A stretch of DNA of 64,000 bases from Octopus vulgaris (Eukaryota), in contig OX597816.1 of assembly GCA_951406725.2 (NCBI GenBank), forward strand, positions 97,278,001 to 97,342,000. The letters run 5' to 3'. Below are positions 1 to 14,732 of the stretch, piece after piece (position 1 is the first letter of the stretch; the number at the start of each line of letters is the position of its first letter). The notes under the pieces are model-generated. The model was not told the origin of the DNA. It worked only from the letters and a program-made list of their open reading frames with translations, and did no database searches. The translations under genes and the position numbers were made by a program.

Positions 1-50
1 TGTATGCATAAATATATATGTGTATATACATTCATATATAGACACACTCA

Positions 51-117
<67 letters not shown>

Positions 118-646
118 ATATATGCATGTATATATATATATACATGTATGTATATATAAGCATTTATTTTGTCGAGATATTCACTGACACACACGCACAG
201 ATACATACAATCTAATTAGAAACTGGCACAGGTACATAGAAACTAATTATAAACACATGCACACTTACACACCCAAATACACACACTCGCGCGCGTGTGA
301 AAACTTAGATATAGATATATTTGTGTCTGGAAAATAAATCTGATATTATGTGCTAATTATTTTTCAAATTTCCCACATGAAGCCAATAGATATTAAAATA
401 TAATGGAAGCAGAATGATTTGTAAACACTCACCAATTCTACTAAATAACGAAATATTACAAATTGCTGAAAGACATTAACCGCTAGAAAATAACAGTGTG
501 TTTATAGTCAGAATGGAAACACACATGTGCGTTTACATATATATATATATATACATACACATATATACAGACCCATACATATAGATGTACTTTTGCATAC
601 ATATATACATACATGTGCGTGTGTGTGTGTATCTATCTATATATAT

Positions 647-713
<67 letters not shown>

Positions 714-1276
714 CGTATATACATATAAAAATACATCCAGATATGCATATGACATATATATATATGTATGTACACATACACATACATATATATGTATATA
801 TATATATATGCGTATGTAGTTGTGCTTGTGTGTATACACACACGCACACAAACATGTATATCATGTACATACATACACATGTGTGTGTCTGTGTTTATAA
901 GTATATTGTCTGCGGGTGTTTATGCTTATCCACTTGTTTCCTTACACACAACAGACAAAACGAAAAAGGAAAAAATATAAACAAAATCATTATGTAATTT
1001 AGTTTCCTTACATTTCTAAGGTAATAACGATAGCAGTATTCACATGTGCGTAGAAATAAAGAACACGCAAAAATACTTTGAGTATATGGTTAACACCATG
1101 GTATCAGTAGTCAATTAAGGACATCTATAACAGACATTCAAGGATGTGATTCGGTAATCATACCGCCTAGGTGCTATTGGAGTAGATCTGAGTATTCAGA
1201 TGAAAGGCATTTGTTTCACCTGTCGTTTCGTCGGTCCTTTGTCTTCTCATTTTTTTTAAAATTACAAACATAGTTA

Positions 1277-1617
1277 TAGGGTGCAACGTGACTCTGTGGT
1301 CAGAAGTTTACTTTCCAACCACATGGTTCCGAGTTCAGTCTCACTGCATGGCACCTTGGGCAAGCGTCTTCTACTACTACCATTGCCTTGGCCCGACCAA
1401 CGGTTTGGGGTGGATTTGGAAGAGGGAAACTGAAAGAAGTATGTGGTATATCTCTCTCTCTCTATGTGCGCGCGCACGTATTTTTGTGTGATTTTTTCCT
1501 CTACCTTCGTTTGATATCCAGTGTTGATGAGTCTACGTCCTCGTAAACTAGCGGTTCGGCAACATATGCTGTTAGAATAAGTAGAAGGCTTTAAGAAAAA
1601 CAGTACTAGAGTCGACG
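1277..1617 (+). mobile_element. SINE family A copy
   Basis: ccaaccacatggttccgagttcagtc...ggcaccttgggcaag...ggaaactgaaagaag. Confidence 0.8.
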
Positions 1618-2469
1618 AAGGTAAAAGAAAGAGAAAATAGAAGGCTTCTGATTATGCAGAAAGTTTAATAAAAGCTATATATTCCAGGCGCAATGTTCCA
1701 TCTTCAGAAGATAAAGAAAAACAATCTGAGAAAAGTTTCGTTATGTAGATTCCGTTAACCCTAGATTCCGTTCTCTGGATTGACAAAACCTGCATAACTG
1801 GACTTTTCTCAGACTGTTTTCTTTCTTCTGAAGGTGGTCCTTTGCGCCTCAAATATAATGGTTTTATTCCCGCATTGTCACAAGCTGTCTATTTTCTCTC
1901 TTTTTATCTTCTTCGATATTTCAATGCCTCAAGCGAACTACAACGTTCTTATAATACTAGAGTCTATTCGTTGGACTAAAATCCCTCAATGCGGCCCTTA
2001 AGCATGGCTGAAACAATGGCGGAAAGAAGTAAAAAATATTTGATAGATATTGTCGAGAGTGAAGTAGCTGAAATAAAAAACGAAAAGGTGTATGTGTGTA
2101 ATTATTTGCTAGGGATATGCATGCTTTCAAGTTTCGCTTGACGGCGTTTTCAGCCAGCCTGGAAGAATAAGTTGACCGGAGAAAATTAAGATACCAGTCA
2201 AATACGAATATCATTTGTATGTGTTCATACCCACAGGTACATACATACACACGCAAATGCACATGCGTTTTAGCTCTCTATATGAAATATAGTTCTCGAT
2301 ATAACAAAAACCTATAATCATAGTTGACAGTTTTTCATAAAAGTCTGTTTCCCTAGCGGCTAAAAAAAATGAAATGAAAAATATAATTTTTTTAGTAACT
2401 TGGAATATTTTACTCAGATATTTTCAGGGTTTTTTTCTGTCAATTACTCTTTTGTTATTTCCATTTACA

Positions 2470-2850
2470 CTTTTCCTCGCCGAGAAGACGTCAGGTGTTC
2501 TCGGACACCATGCAACTGATTTCCTCTGCAAAATCGGGATAAAGGTGGCCCGCCTGAGAAATGAGATCCGCGAGGTGGAGTGGCTGCTGAAGCGAGTGTC
2601 ACTGGCCGCTCCTCGTGGCCACACCATCACGGTTATTACTTCTGGGCGCGGCTAAGCATAACATGTTTTATAGTGTGTGTGGCCCGACGCCCCCTTCTCC
2701 ATTTTCTGACGCTTTACCCACCTCCTTTTTTCTTTCTTTTCCATTTTACGTTTTTCGACTGTTTCTTTTTAAATATTTTTTTGCATTTAAATGTTATCAT
2801 TTAAAATTTGATCTATTGTATAATTGACTATAGAAATAAAACATTTATTT
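2470..2850 (+). mobile_element. 3' fragment of CRE-like (REL-endonuclease) non-LTR retrotransposon
   Basis: GC-rich island encoding EKTSGVLGHHATDFL..IG..VA.LRNE.RE.EWLLKRVSLA..RGH, resembling the CRE C-terminal ETxG..G..A..F/QRxSxAxxRGN motif; T-rich 3' UTR ending with AATAAA. Confidence 0.6.
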
Positions 2851-3541
2851 TCCTTATATCCGTACAAAACTTCATTTATTTCTATGTAAAACCCCATGCT
2901 ACTGCGATAACAATTTGTTTAAGATCGTGAGTTAGCGCTAGTAAATATTGATGAATTAACATACGATTATGTATATAGAGGGCATATATTCAAACTGCTT
3001 GTTATTGTCATTTGTTTAAATCGATTTATATAAAGTCTTGCATTATAAAAATCGTGTCTGAGTCACTAGCAACTTGCAAACTTTTATAGGTAGCAGAAAG
3101 TAAGAAAGTTGATTGAAAAATACTAAGAAGCAACTCACCTTGACAGAATATCAAAGTCAAATGAACGCTGGTTGTTATATATATTTAAGCACGCTCAGTA
3201 TCAGCTTAATATATCATGCCTTTCGTTTACTTCTTTCTCATATGATGAGTGCATATTTGAGGATACATAAACAAATGGTCCCGACATTTTGTCATTTCTC
3301 ATTCCTTTTTCTCTCTCTTTCTATTTCTCTTTCTCTCTCTCTCTCTCATCTCTCATTCCTTTCTTCCTCTTCTTCCCCTTTCTCTTTCCCAATCTCTCCT
3401 TTTCTCTCTATATCTACATGCATATAATTACATGGTATATAATTATATCCTCCTTCCCTTCTTTCCTGAGCGTCAAATAATACTTTAATTGTTCCACGTC
3501 CTCGCGTTGCTGTGTTTTTTTCTGTGTTTTCTTGTTTGGAT

Positions 3542-3596
<55 letters not shown>

Positions 3597-3957
3597 TGAG
3601 AGAGAGAGAGATAGAGTAAGAGAGAGAGAGAAAGAGAGAGAGGGTGTGTTCTAATAGAAGCAAATCTAATGTAGCATATTATTAATATTAAACATTCGAT
3701 TTCAAGAAAATTTGTGATTGATTGAGCCAATCAAGATCCCCTGAATGCAATTAAAATGGAATATGTTTGACAGTTGGAATCCATGTCTGATAGTTGTCAG
3801 ACATGGATTCCAATATATGGCTACTTTAAAAACGTTTATTTCTCGTACTATATTGCCATTTTTTCTTTTCTTTTCTTGTTTTCTTTTGAAATAGCTCAAT
3901 ACTACACATTTCGGAGGTGATGGATTTAGTTTGCCAGAACCGTTATCACGTCAGCTT

Positions 3958-4084
3958 CTCACAAGGCTTTGGTCGGCCCGAGGCTAAAGTAGAAGATACT
4001 TGCCAATGGTGCTACGGATTGGGATTGAACCCGGAACCATGTGGTTGGTAAGCAAGCTACTAACCACACAGTCACTCCTGCTCT
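3958..4084 (-). mobile_element. SINE family A 5' fragment
   Basis: Reverse complement of the family A head. Confidence 0.8.
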
Positions 4085-6918
4085 TATACATATATTATTA
4101 GATAAGAAATATAGCATATATTTGCACATACGAATACACAGAGAGAAACATACACATTCATGCTCACACACACACGCACATGCACACACACTCACACACT
4201 CACACACTCGCCCACAAACACACACACACACACACACGTACACACACACACACTCATGAATATTTATTACAGGCATGTTTCTTTCCAAAGATTGATATCC
4301 TGTTTAATAACATGCTCAAACTAAACTTACACTATTTCCAAACAAGAAAGAGATTTAGGGTATTATTTCCATTCGTAGAAGAAAATTTGGCATAAACTGT
4401 TCAGTGCATTATTAAACACGTTCCACTATCTTGTGTACATTATATGTCTTTATCGTTCTATTAGGATCCAAATTCTCCGAAGTCGATCAAATTAGTAGCA
4501 TGCGTTATATACTGGAGTGAGTCTTCTCGACTACATAACCATCAGCCTTAAATAGCATGGTACCTATACAATATATAACATTCTTCGTTCTCAATCCTAT
4601 TTGATGTTTAATAAATCCATTAGCTGTCGTATATGAGGAAATATATTCTGGACACTTATATTTTATAGTTGTATATCCCTATTAATGTACATAAAGCTAC
4701 AACTTTTAATCTGGAAATCTTGTTTTATTCTCATACATTCCATAATTTTATCTCGCATAATCTTTTTTAAGCTAGCGAACGTTGCTTATTCACCTATACC
4801 AACACTGTTTCATGAAGAAGATTACATTTAAAGTATTGTTCTATTTCCATACACCATTATGATATCAAGAAAAAATTGTATCTCTTTTAAGATGGTAATA
4901 GTCACTCTAATCTCAGGCATAGCTGCAGAGAATGGATACGAATACCTTTTTTAACCTGATAAATATTGTTTCAGTTCTTCTAAAATATCATTTTCTCGAT
5001 TATATTCAGAGGGATGTGATCTATTTTTGCTGTCACAACATAGCCTCTAACAATCAATTTGCCGCCGGAAATTATTGACGAAGCATCGTAACTTTGCAAT
5101 TCCTGTTGCATTACATTGTTTTATATTGGTTTTAAGAACTGCGAATATTTGATTATTGACGCGACACGGTGAATTTTGAATATTTATTTAGTTTCAGTTG
5201 ATATTAAATGCAAATTTAGCCTCAGTGTAGATAAGAGAAGGCCGACGATCTCAGAGAATTTTCGATTTGCAAAGTTCAAAAAGACATATTTTATTATAGT
5301 CTTTTGTTCTTTTACTGGCTTCAGTCATTGGATTCTATCCATACTAAGTTAGCAGTCTCCAAGTTACTCATACAGACCTGAGCACTAATTTTGGTTATAA
5401 CCATCTCTCTCTCTCTATGTATCTATCTATCTAGACACACGTACATGATTACAAGCATATATATGAAGCACATACATGCATACATACCTATCACACATAC
5501 ATACACACACACACACATAAACACACATACAGTACACACATACACACACATGCACACACACATATGCACACACACTCACTCCCATACACATACGTATACC
5601 TATTCGCAATCACATACACATTCAATGACATATTTATTTTCAATTTTGCGGATTATTAGAACAATTGAAAGAAGTGAAGCAGTGTACTAATTAAATTATG
5701 AATCGTCATCAAAATTTGATTAGTTTCCAGCTTCGGCTTTAAAAATGTGTAACACATTGAAGTATGCAATTATTCTTTGCTGAACACGTGATATATTAGT
5801 ACATCGGTCGAAAGAAAAAAAAAACATGGGTTATTCTCATGTTTTCAATATTATGTGTAAATCACATAGAAGCAGGGAAGTGTTTATTGCTTATTTAGAC
5901 TTAAAGTAGTAAATCTGAGTAATGTTTTTCACTTTGAACCCATGATATAAATGTACTGGGAAATATACTGTTTTAACCAGTTAATATTTGGAAATTCTGC
6001 AATAAATACCAATGGTAGAGTCTGTAGGAATTCATAAATTCCTAGCTTTGTTCGATAGTTTGGAAACATGTAACAGAACGATATAAATCTTCAATAGATA
6101 CATGTATAATCATTCTTATCCACACAACTATGACTGCGCAATATATGAAATACAGAAATAGAAGAAATATGTAGATTCCCCAAAACCTTGCTACACTGTC
6201 GTAATAAAGAAATCGGAAACTGGTTCTTCTACAATTACTCAGGATATTTGGTGGTATAATAAGAAGGTAGAAGTGGCGTGCATTTAAATCTTCATCAAGG
6301 AACTTTATTTTGTACCTTTTATTGCATTTATTTCATGTTCTTTATTTGTCCTGGGTTCTGGAATATACCCCTTGTACATTATCTAAGATGTCCTTGTATG
6401 CAGTTGTAGGTTTAAAGGAATATCTTTTTATTTACACAAAGTCAGCAATCATACGGTTCCATACAGGAAATCTTACCTGTTTTACCTCTTACCCGTTTTA
6501 CCTAAAGTTGGTGGATTCTATATTAAGATGAATTAATCACTAAAACTCTATCGAAACAGCTTTCGTAAAAACGCCATTGTGTGTGTGTCTATATATATAT
6601 ATGTTCGTTTTGTAAGATTTCTGAAATAGATATTGTTGTATTTCGGGACGGTCATTTTTTGTGCCAAATAAACACACGCGCTATATATTTTTCTTATCTT
6701 ATTATTTTTAACTCATATCCATTGTTCGGAAATCTTCCGTCAAATCTGTGAGCACTTCAGCGACACTTTTCGTTTTCGTGTGTGTGCTTGGTCCACTTAC
6801 TCCATTCTGTTCTTCCAGACAATGGACGTGAGTTAAAAATAATAAATTAAGAACAGTAGGAAATATATATAGTGCGTATTTTTATTTGGCACAAAAATGA
6901 CCAACTGGAAATACAACA

Positions 6919-6992
<74 letters not shown>

Positions 6993-6996
<4 letters not shown>

Positions 6997-8042
6997 CTGA
7001 CAGAAGTAAATAGATACCCTAATAATCATTAAACTTTCTTTAAACCTGAAGTTAAACATTCGAATTGTTTATTAATTGTTATAATGGGAATATTCTATAT
7101 TTAGTAGACATACCATTTGTAGTTTTTAATGCAGGAAGCCTATTAGGCATGTTACCGATCAGAGGGCGAATATTTTTTTGCGGAATTTCTTGCCAAAGTT
7201 CATGCAATAATTTCGGAAGATCTGGCTTTCAAGATGCTCTCTTGGTCTTATCTAGTGATTGGTTTGGCCATAGGAGCTTTTTAATGCCGTTCTCATCCCA
7301 TAAATCTTGGGTCATTTCAGCCGTGTAACAAGGAACCCTATCTTCCATAAATAAAGTCTCTCTTTAATAATTTTACCATTGCAGGAGATTGGAAGGAGTC
7401 CTTTCTGCAATATGGACACTTATTTATCTGAATTTATGTTTCCCTCTCACTCCACCAGCTCTGATCAACCGTGTTTCATTGTTGGTTACAATCTTTTCAC
7501 ACCCAATTCTTCATCACAGCATCTCTAGACCCACACTCGACCACAGTACATAGCCCAATCTTTTCTCTGCTTGATGTTGGCTTCCTTCTTGCTGGTCTGC
7601 CTTAGTGACCAAATTTGCGGAGATACCTGGCGGCTGTTTTGAGACTGACATCAAATTGCTCTGCTATTTCAAAGGCTTTGGAACGAGTATTATCCTTCAC
7701 TCTTCTCTTCGCAAAGAGAAGGGTTCTGTCAGGGGACCCTGATTGATGTGGGCTAGGTGAGGTAGACTCCTTCTTCTCACTGGTGAATTGCACAATCACT
7801 CTGTTAACTGTAGAAAGCGAGATCCCAATGTTTTCTGCGATTTTACGCTATGCCCACCTTCAGAATGATCCACAACGCGGTCACTTTGAAATTCAGACAG
7901 TTCCAAGTCTTCTTTTGTATATGACATTATCAAACAGTCAAATATACAACCTGAAACATAAAAATGTCAATGAATAAAAAAATATGAACCTTTACAAACG
8001 ATGTTGTATAGGATGTCTATTTACTTCTGTCATTTCTGTGTA
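6993..8042 (-). mobile_element. Tc1-family DNA transposon (decayed), related to the 24618-27416 element
   Basis: TIR core tgacagaagtaaataga at both ends in inverted orientation; HTH region [24 protein letters not shown] followed by ARRKP; degenerate SPDINPIE motif. Confidence 0.8.
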
Positions 8043-8132
8043 CTTATATACATGTGCACATATATACATACATATTCATACATACATATATACATGCATA
8101 CATACATAGATACCTACATACATATATATATA

Positions 8133-8340
8133 GTTGAAATTTACAGAAAAACTTACACAAATTTACAGACGAAGACAGGTGTATAAACAACAGGCAGGTG
8201 TATTAGTTTGACGCTGGGAATGTGAGAAAGTCTTTTCCATTTTGGGCCTAAGCTCTTCAACGGAAAGGAGAACGAGGAAATAAACAGAGAGTAAAAAGAG
8301 AAAATTAAAATCTTGTGGATTTAGCTGTCAATCATCGTGA
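8133..8340 (-). mobile_element. Solo PLE pLTR fragment related to 56270-56460
   Basis: Shares agacgaagacaggt...tgtattagt.t.ac.ct.ggaat...tctttt...gctcttc.ac.gaaagg with the 56270-56460 segment. Confidence 0.65.
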
Positions 8341-8341
8341 C

Positions 8342-8342
<1 letters not shown>

Positions 8343-8403
<61 letters not shown>

Positions 8404-8469
8404 GGCATAGATAGCTAGATAGGTAGATAGATAGATAGATAGATAGATAGAGATAGATAGATAGATAGT

Positions 8470-8521
<52 letters not shown>

Positions 8522-8522
8522 C

Positions 8523-8554
<32 letters not shown>
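8343..8554. repeat. (GATA)n/(GA)n microsatellite, representative of dozens of (TA)n, (CA)n, (TATC)n, (TATG)n, (AAT)n, (TAG)n and (GAT)n tracts
   Basis: Directly visible. Similar tracts occur at 1-150, 530-900, 15170-15395, 29710-29990, 33285-33380, 34193-34390, 57990-58300 and 61930-62105. Confidence 0.97.
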
Positions 8555-9309
8555 TACTTTCCTTTTTCCCGGGTGTATGAATAGAATGTTTTTATACAAA
8601 GTTCAGTCATTCAGCAAACGAATGAGCCTATCCTCGTATGTAGGCAGTCGATCTGTTTCTCCACTGTTATTGAATAATTGTATAGTTATCGGAATGAAGT
8701 AAGTGCCGCATATTATATATCAGTGAAGCAGCATATTTGTAAGTTTTTACTGTTTTACCGACCCTAGTAAATTAAACAATGAGAGATAAATAATCTCTCA
8801 CAATATTTAAGATCATCTATCTAGAGTTAATAAGCACTAGTAAACTATTACATATATATTAGTCGAATAAACCAATGCATATATGAGAGTACAACAAATA
8901 TGTCTATTGGACCATTTTGTCATATTTATTTCATAGCATTATTATTATTACAACGTTAAAAAGATTGTAGGAAGGTGTGATTGATTTAATGGAATTATTA
9001 CTCCACTGGTTTCCGCTGTACTTATTTTATCGACACTCTGGCGTGTGAAAATCAATGTTTTCCCAAACAGTGTTTGAACTAAATGCTGCATGCTCTTTTA
9101 TCTGCAACATTTCCTCTTGTGTCAGAACATTGTGGAGACAATAAAGATTCGCATATAATAAACAAACAAGATAATTATCGAGATCAACTTAATTAAAACA
9201 TCGAGTTCTTTAATAAATTTCTTGTTTCGTCTACGACACGAACGATCAATCAATCTAACATTAAAGAAATAGAAAGACCAAAACGAAGACAAAATTTCAA
9301 ATTGTAATT

Positions 9310-9598
9310 TGAATTTTGAACGTAATGGAGAAAGAAATGCTGCTAAGAATTTTGTCCGGCGCGGTAACACTTCCGTCAGATCGCCGCCATACCTGATACA
9401 AATATTAAGCATTCAATGATGTATGCTTCACTCTTTACTAATGAATTCATAAGTGCCTGACCAACAAACTGTTTAAAGTATTTTTAAGGTGTCTGCATTC
9501 TGAAATAATTTCACATGGGCATATGAATAGCGCTATCTGTGTATAGATCTAAATGACAATAGTTTGCTGACATCACAAAGACTGTGTTGCATCTCTGA
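9310..9598. repeat. Inverted duplication partner of 13330-13618
   Basis: Reverse-complement match covering a SINE head and ~200 bp of flank, for example gcctgaccaacaaactgtttaaagtatttttaaggtgtctgcattctgaaataatttca. Confidence 0.85.
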
Positions 9599-11726
9599 AA
9601 TTACAATTTCAAATTGTAAGACAACCATTTGGGGCATTTGAGTAGAATGTTTTTACAAATTTAAATCATTCAGTAAACAAATGAAAAAGCCGATATATGG
9701 GCAATCAGTCTGCTAAAAATAGCTGTCGAATTCTTAAATTACGCCATACAATCGTGAAAAGGGTAATGAACATATTAGAGGGTGTATTCTTAATTATATC
9801 TTTAAAACGAATAGGTTTCCGTGTTTCAAGTGTATATTATTGCATTTGGCCTGAACAGTGCAACTGCCACTAGTTCAATATGTCTCTGTATCAATATGAT
9901 CTTGACGCTAGAAGTGTAGATACTTATTCGATAACCATGTGACAAACCTCACTTAAATATAATTCATTTAAACTGATTTTAGTAGCAGTTTCGGAAAAAC
10001 AAATTGTTGCCATTCTGCTGATGATTTGAACACCTCGCCCAGTATGCAAGATTTTTGTCACTTTCATTTAATACACAACTTAAATCCACACAATAGACGC
10101 TATATTGGAAACTGAAATATTCATATATGCTTAACAACGATTTAGCTCTATTAAGAATCAAGCCACGAATTCGCTCACATAAATTTACGCAAACCGTTTT
10201 TCATTTGATAAAATAAGACAGGTAGAAAATGGATGATTTATTAGTTATTGCATGTATAGGACCTTAGCAATTTCAAAAACGAAGAACATTAAGAACTACA
10301 AAATATTGAGAATATTAATATTTCATCTTATCCACCACGTAGGTAACTTCGAGAAATATTAATATAAATGCATATAGATTTTATTAAAACATCAGCATTG
10401 TAGGCATCAGTTTTATCTTGGTTCATACAAAAATGCTCAAGTCCCATTTTAAGTAGAAATTCACTCCTGGATTTCTAGTTCTTCATAATTAACATTGTTT
10501 AATAAAATCTTCCAGATGATGCATATACATGCCGTATTCTCACTTAAATTTCTAGGAATCAAATGTCACCTGGCATCTAACAGTATGGTGGTACCGTTAA
10601 CAGTCAATGTGAAGTACTGTATGGACAGTGTAGAAGGCGTGGTGGAAGCTGAGGGCGGCTATTTTGAACAAACTGTTATCTCACGGTCATAATATTTTAT
10701 TTATATATTCGTTTTAAGTACTTTAATTTTTAGATGTGATATTGTGTTTTCCTTTCTTTTTATGCCAACTGTCAAATTGGTTTTATGTGCAATTTTCTTT
10801 TTAAAAGACAAATGTGTGATTGAAGGAAAGTTTGACAACTATATCTAGCAGGCTGAGTGACCAGGTAGAACCCCACCCCTTCGCTGGTTTATTACGTTAT
10901 ATTCCTTGGAAAACACACTCTCATATACGATAAATTTCTATCGATGTGTTCAGTAAAAGTAACTAAAAAAGCGAACAAAACAATAATACATGGCAATAGA
11001 AAGTTTATTAGGTTAACATCAGAACGATGGCTTTTTTTCATTAATATTGGCAGCTACACAGTGAAATATTACAGTCTTTTATCTGGAATGGAAACTTCCG
11101 TATCTTAGGTAGAGGGCAAGCCCGTGTTGCGGTGAAATGTATAATTTATTTTTTATTCCCGCTTTGTAAAATCTCAAAGGATGAAAGACCATGTCAAACT
11201 TGACGAGAGATGGCCTCAGAACGTGTAAGAAACTTGCAGCCTCAAAGCATTTAATATTATCGATATATTTGCATCGGTTTGATAATTGTTAATCTTTGCA
11301 AATTAGTCATGTAAACCATTATAGAAGAAAAAATCATTTCAATTATGTTTTACCATTCAAAATACACATTTTAGACGAGAGTTAACAATGTCATCATTCC
11401 TAATATAATATGTACAGCTTCAGCTAGCACTAAAAATATAATTTGGATTAATGTTATTGAATGTTCTACAGAAATTCTACACTTTCTTATTAAAATACAA
11501 TTTTTTTCTCTCTCCTAACTGCCAAATAGAAATGTTGAGATTAAATACATGTGATAAATGACAAATATTTTATTGTATTAACTGAAGTAATGTATGAAAT
11601 GGTGTTCCTAGTTGATAAGAAAATAATTAAAGATAAACATTTAACAACATATATATTTATACATACATGCATGCATACATACATGCATGCACGCACACAC
11701 ACACACACACACACATACACACACAT

Positions 11727-11781
<55 letters not shown>

Positions 11782-12039
11782 TGTGCGTGCCTGTTGTGTG
11801 TGTATGTGCATGTGTATGCATGTGTGTGGATATGTGTCTTGAAAATATATCCGATTTCTTCATATTATCAACGTACAAAATACTCATTATTATTTGGGAA
11901 TTAGTTTAGTAGATGAATTTATATGATATTAGTTGATTATAAGCTGGTATGAATGAAAAATGATCAATACATACACACATACATACATGCATATATATAT
12001 ACATATATGTGTGTGTGTGTGTATGTATATGTATGTACT

Positions 12040-12089
<50 letters not shown>

Positions 12090-13536
12090 AATTAAATTAA
12101 TTTTTTTTTATCAGTTATGGTGTTTGTTGATCGATATTTGTTGTCGTTGTGTGGAATCGTTATAACCAATTATTGATTTCTTTCGCCTAGCCAACATTTT
12201 AAGCAAAATTTTTGTTGTGTGGTTGAAGTCAATTGATTCTTTCTTCCATCAGTAACAATAATGGTGATAAAGACGTGGATGAGACGAGGGAGAGGAATCT
12301 ATGGTGAGAATGAATGATTATGATGGTGGTGAAGATGATAACAATGACGATGGGAATAATTATGATGACGATGATGATTATAACGACGTCGATGATGCAA
12401 ACGATGTCGATGATGTTGATGATGATGACGACGACGACGATGATGATGATGATGAGGAGGAGGAAGGGATTATATTGTTGATTAAGGTGACGATAACGAT
12501 GGCAAATATTGAGAAGCGCTTCGGTGTTGAATCATTTCGTGATTGCAATATAAATCTCAGTTTTACTCGTAAACCAGTTGTGTATGTACCATCCCTCAAT
12601 ATCAAATATTTATTTATCTAAATGTTAGAGGTATTAATAAGAAAGAATATTTATTTGAGACTACACGATAATCTAAGCGACCCAAGTAAGACGATATTAT
12701 CTCAAATGCTATTGAGAAGGTTTTCTATTTTATATTATAGATTTTGTAAAATAACTTCGTATACAAAAAGGTGTGTTTTCATTTCATACGTACTACATTC
12801 AGCAGTCAAATGTATCTTGTTTATGATATCTCTTTTCAGCAAGATATAGAAGTTGCGTGTAAGAGTGTAATTGTTTATTGATTGAATGAAATATTTGGCT
12901 TATAAACGAGTCTTCGTGAATTCTAGTTACGTTGGGCGTTTCCTACCGTTTCTCTTTAAAAACGTAGTTGTTGCTTGGTTCAAAATTATCCCTGATTTTG
13001 TATTTATATGGTCAGAGGAATTCCAGCCGTGTAAATTATTCAATATGGCCTTCTCTTTTTAAGTAGATCATGATTTTAGAGAGATTTAATGATGCTGCAT
13101 GAAGGATATATGTTAAAACTAAGGGCCTCAGCTGAATTGCAGTAGTGACTAGATCTCTTATCCCATATATTTTACGGACGTTACATGCGATAAAATAAAG
13201 ATAATGAATATAAGTTCTTTTTATTTTTCTTGCCCACTTAATGATTAAGACACTAGATTTAAATTCATATCTCATGAGGTTGTTGAGCATCCATGTCACT
13301 TAATGGTTAACCATTTAAGGTTGGTTGTGAGAGATGCACTACAATCCTTGTGATGTGAGCAAACTATTGTCATTTAGATCTTTAAACAGAGAGCGCTAGT
13401 CATATGGCCACATGAAATTATTTCAGAATGCAGACACCTTAAAAATACTTTAAACAGTTTGTTGGTCAGGCACGTATGAATTCATAAGGGAAAAGTGAAG
13501 CATACATCATTGAACGCTTAATATTTGTATCAGGTA

Positions 13537-13752
13537 TGGCGGCGATCTGGTAGAAGTGTTACCGCGCCGGACAAAATTCTTAGCAGCCTTTCTTTCTTCA
13601 TTACGTTCTAATTTCAAATGCCACCGGGGACGACCTTGTCTATCATCCCGTCGCGGTCGATAAAATAAGTATCAGTTAAGCACTAGGGTCGATGTAATCG
13701 ATTTATGCCACCCCACGAAATTGCCGGTCTTGTACTAAAATTTGAAACCAAT
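13537..13752 (+). mobile_element. tRNA-derived SINE family B
   Basis: ggcggcgatctggtagaa.gtta...ttcaaat..ggtcgataaaataagta...gggtcgatgtaatcga...ccaaaatttgaaacca-like tail. Confidence 0.8.
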
Positions 13753-14391
13753 ATTTGTGTTTGCGTATAACTAAAAGCTGATAAATTCTCCTTTATTTAG
13801 CAACCAGAATACAAATTGTATTGCCTTGAAGTTAGATGAAATTTTCAGTATCTGTACAAATGATAGTGTCTCACTGAAGATCGCCCATGCACCATTGAAT
13901 ATTTGACAGGATGTCCAATTACCTGTTGATTCAATTGCTCAGCAAAAGAAAGTGGGGGTCGTTACATGGCCAATTGCTCTGCTAAAGATAACAGCCGAAT
14001 TTTATTTAAATTACACCATTCGATCATGACAATCGGTCAAGGACACATTAGTCTTGATAATATCCTAAAATGATGAGATATTCTTGTTTGAAGTGTATTT
14101 TTTACATTATAGATGACCTGAAGCTAAGCAACATTAACACCAGCACAACCAACAGTAATAGCAACAGTAGCATGAGCAGCGTCAGCATCAGCAACAAGAA
14201 CAGCAAACAGAGCAGCTACAACAGAACAAGAGCAACAACATTTTAGCAACAATTTCTAGTAGCAATTTCATTGTGATCTACACAAACTTAAAATGCAAAA
14301 GCTTCAAAATATTAATTTATATATTTCCATCGGATATACATGCTAAATATTACTTGAGGTTTGTCAAGAAATTCACACACACAAACACACA

Positions 14392-14445
<54 letters not shown>

Positions 14446-14477
14446 CACACACACGCACACACACACACACATTTATG

Positions 14478-14691
14478 CATTCAACCATTTGATTGCAGCC
14501 AGGAAAAGGCACCGCTTTGGAGATCTTTAGTAGAACAAATCGACCCAAGTACTTTTTTAAAGCCTACTACTAATTTTATCGAACCGCTACTTCGTGGCGC
14601 CATAAAAATACCAATACTGGTTGTGAAGCTGTCGAGGGGAACAAATACAGATGCAGAGACACACACATACACACACCTACATATATATATG

Positions 14692-14732
<41 letters not shown>

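Noticed and set aside
527-997. Long ORFs rich in YI/HT/CV/LSIY (and similar ones throughout the window)
   Set aside because: They are translations of dinucleotide, trinucleotide and tetranucleotide microsatellites.
12301-12621. Acidic poly-Asp ORF
   Set aside because: It is a degenerate (GAT)n repeat with no supporting domain or splice context.
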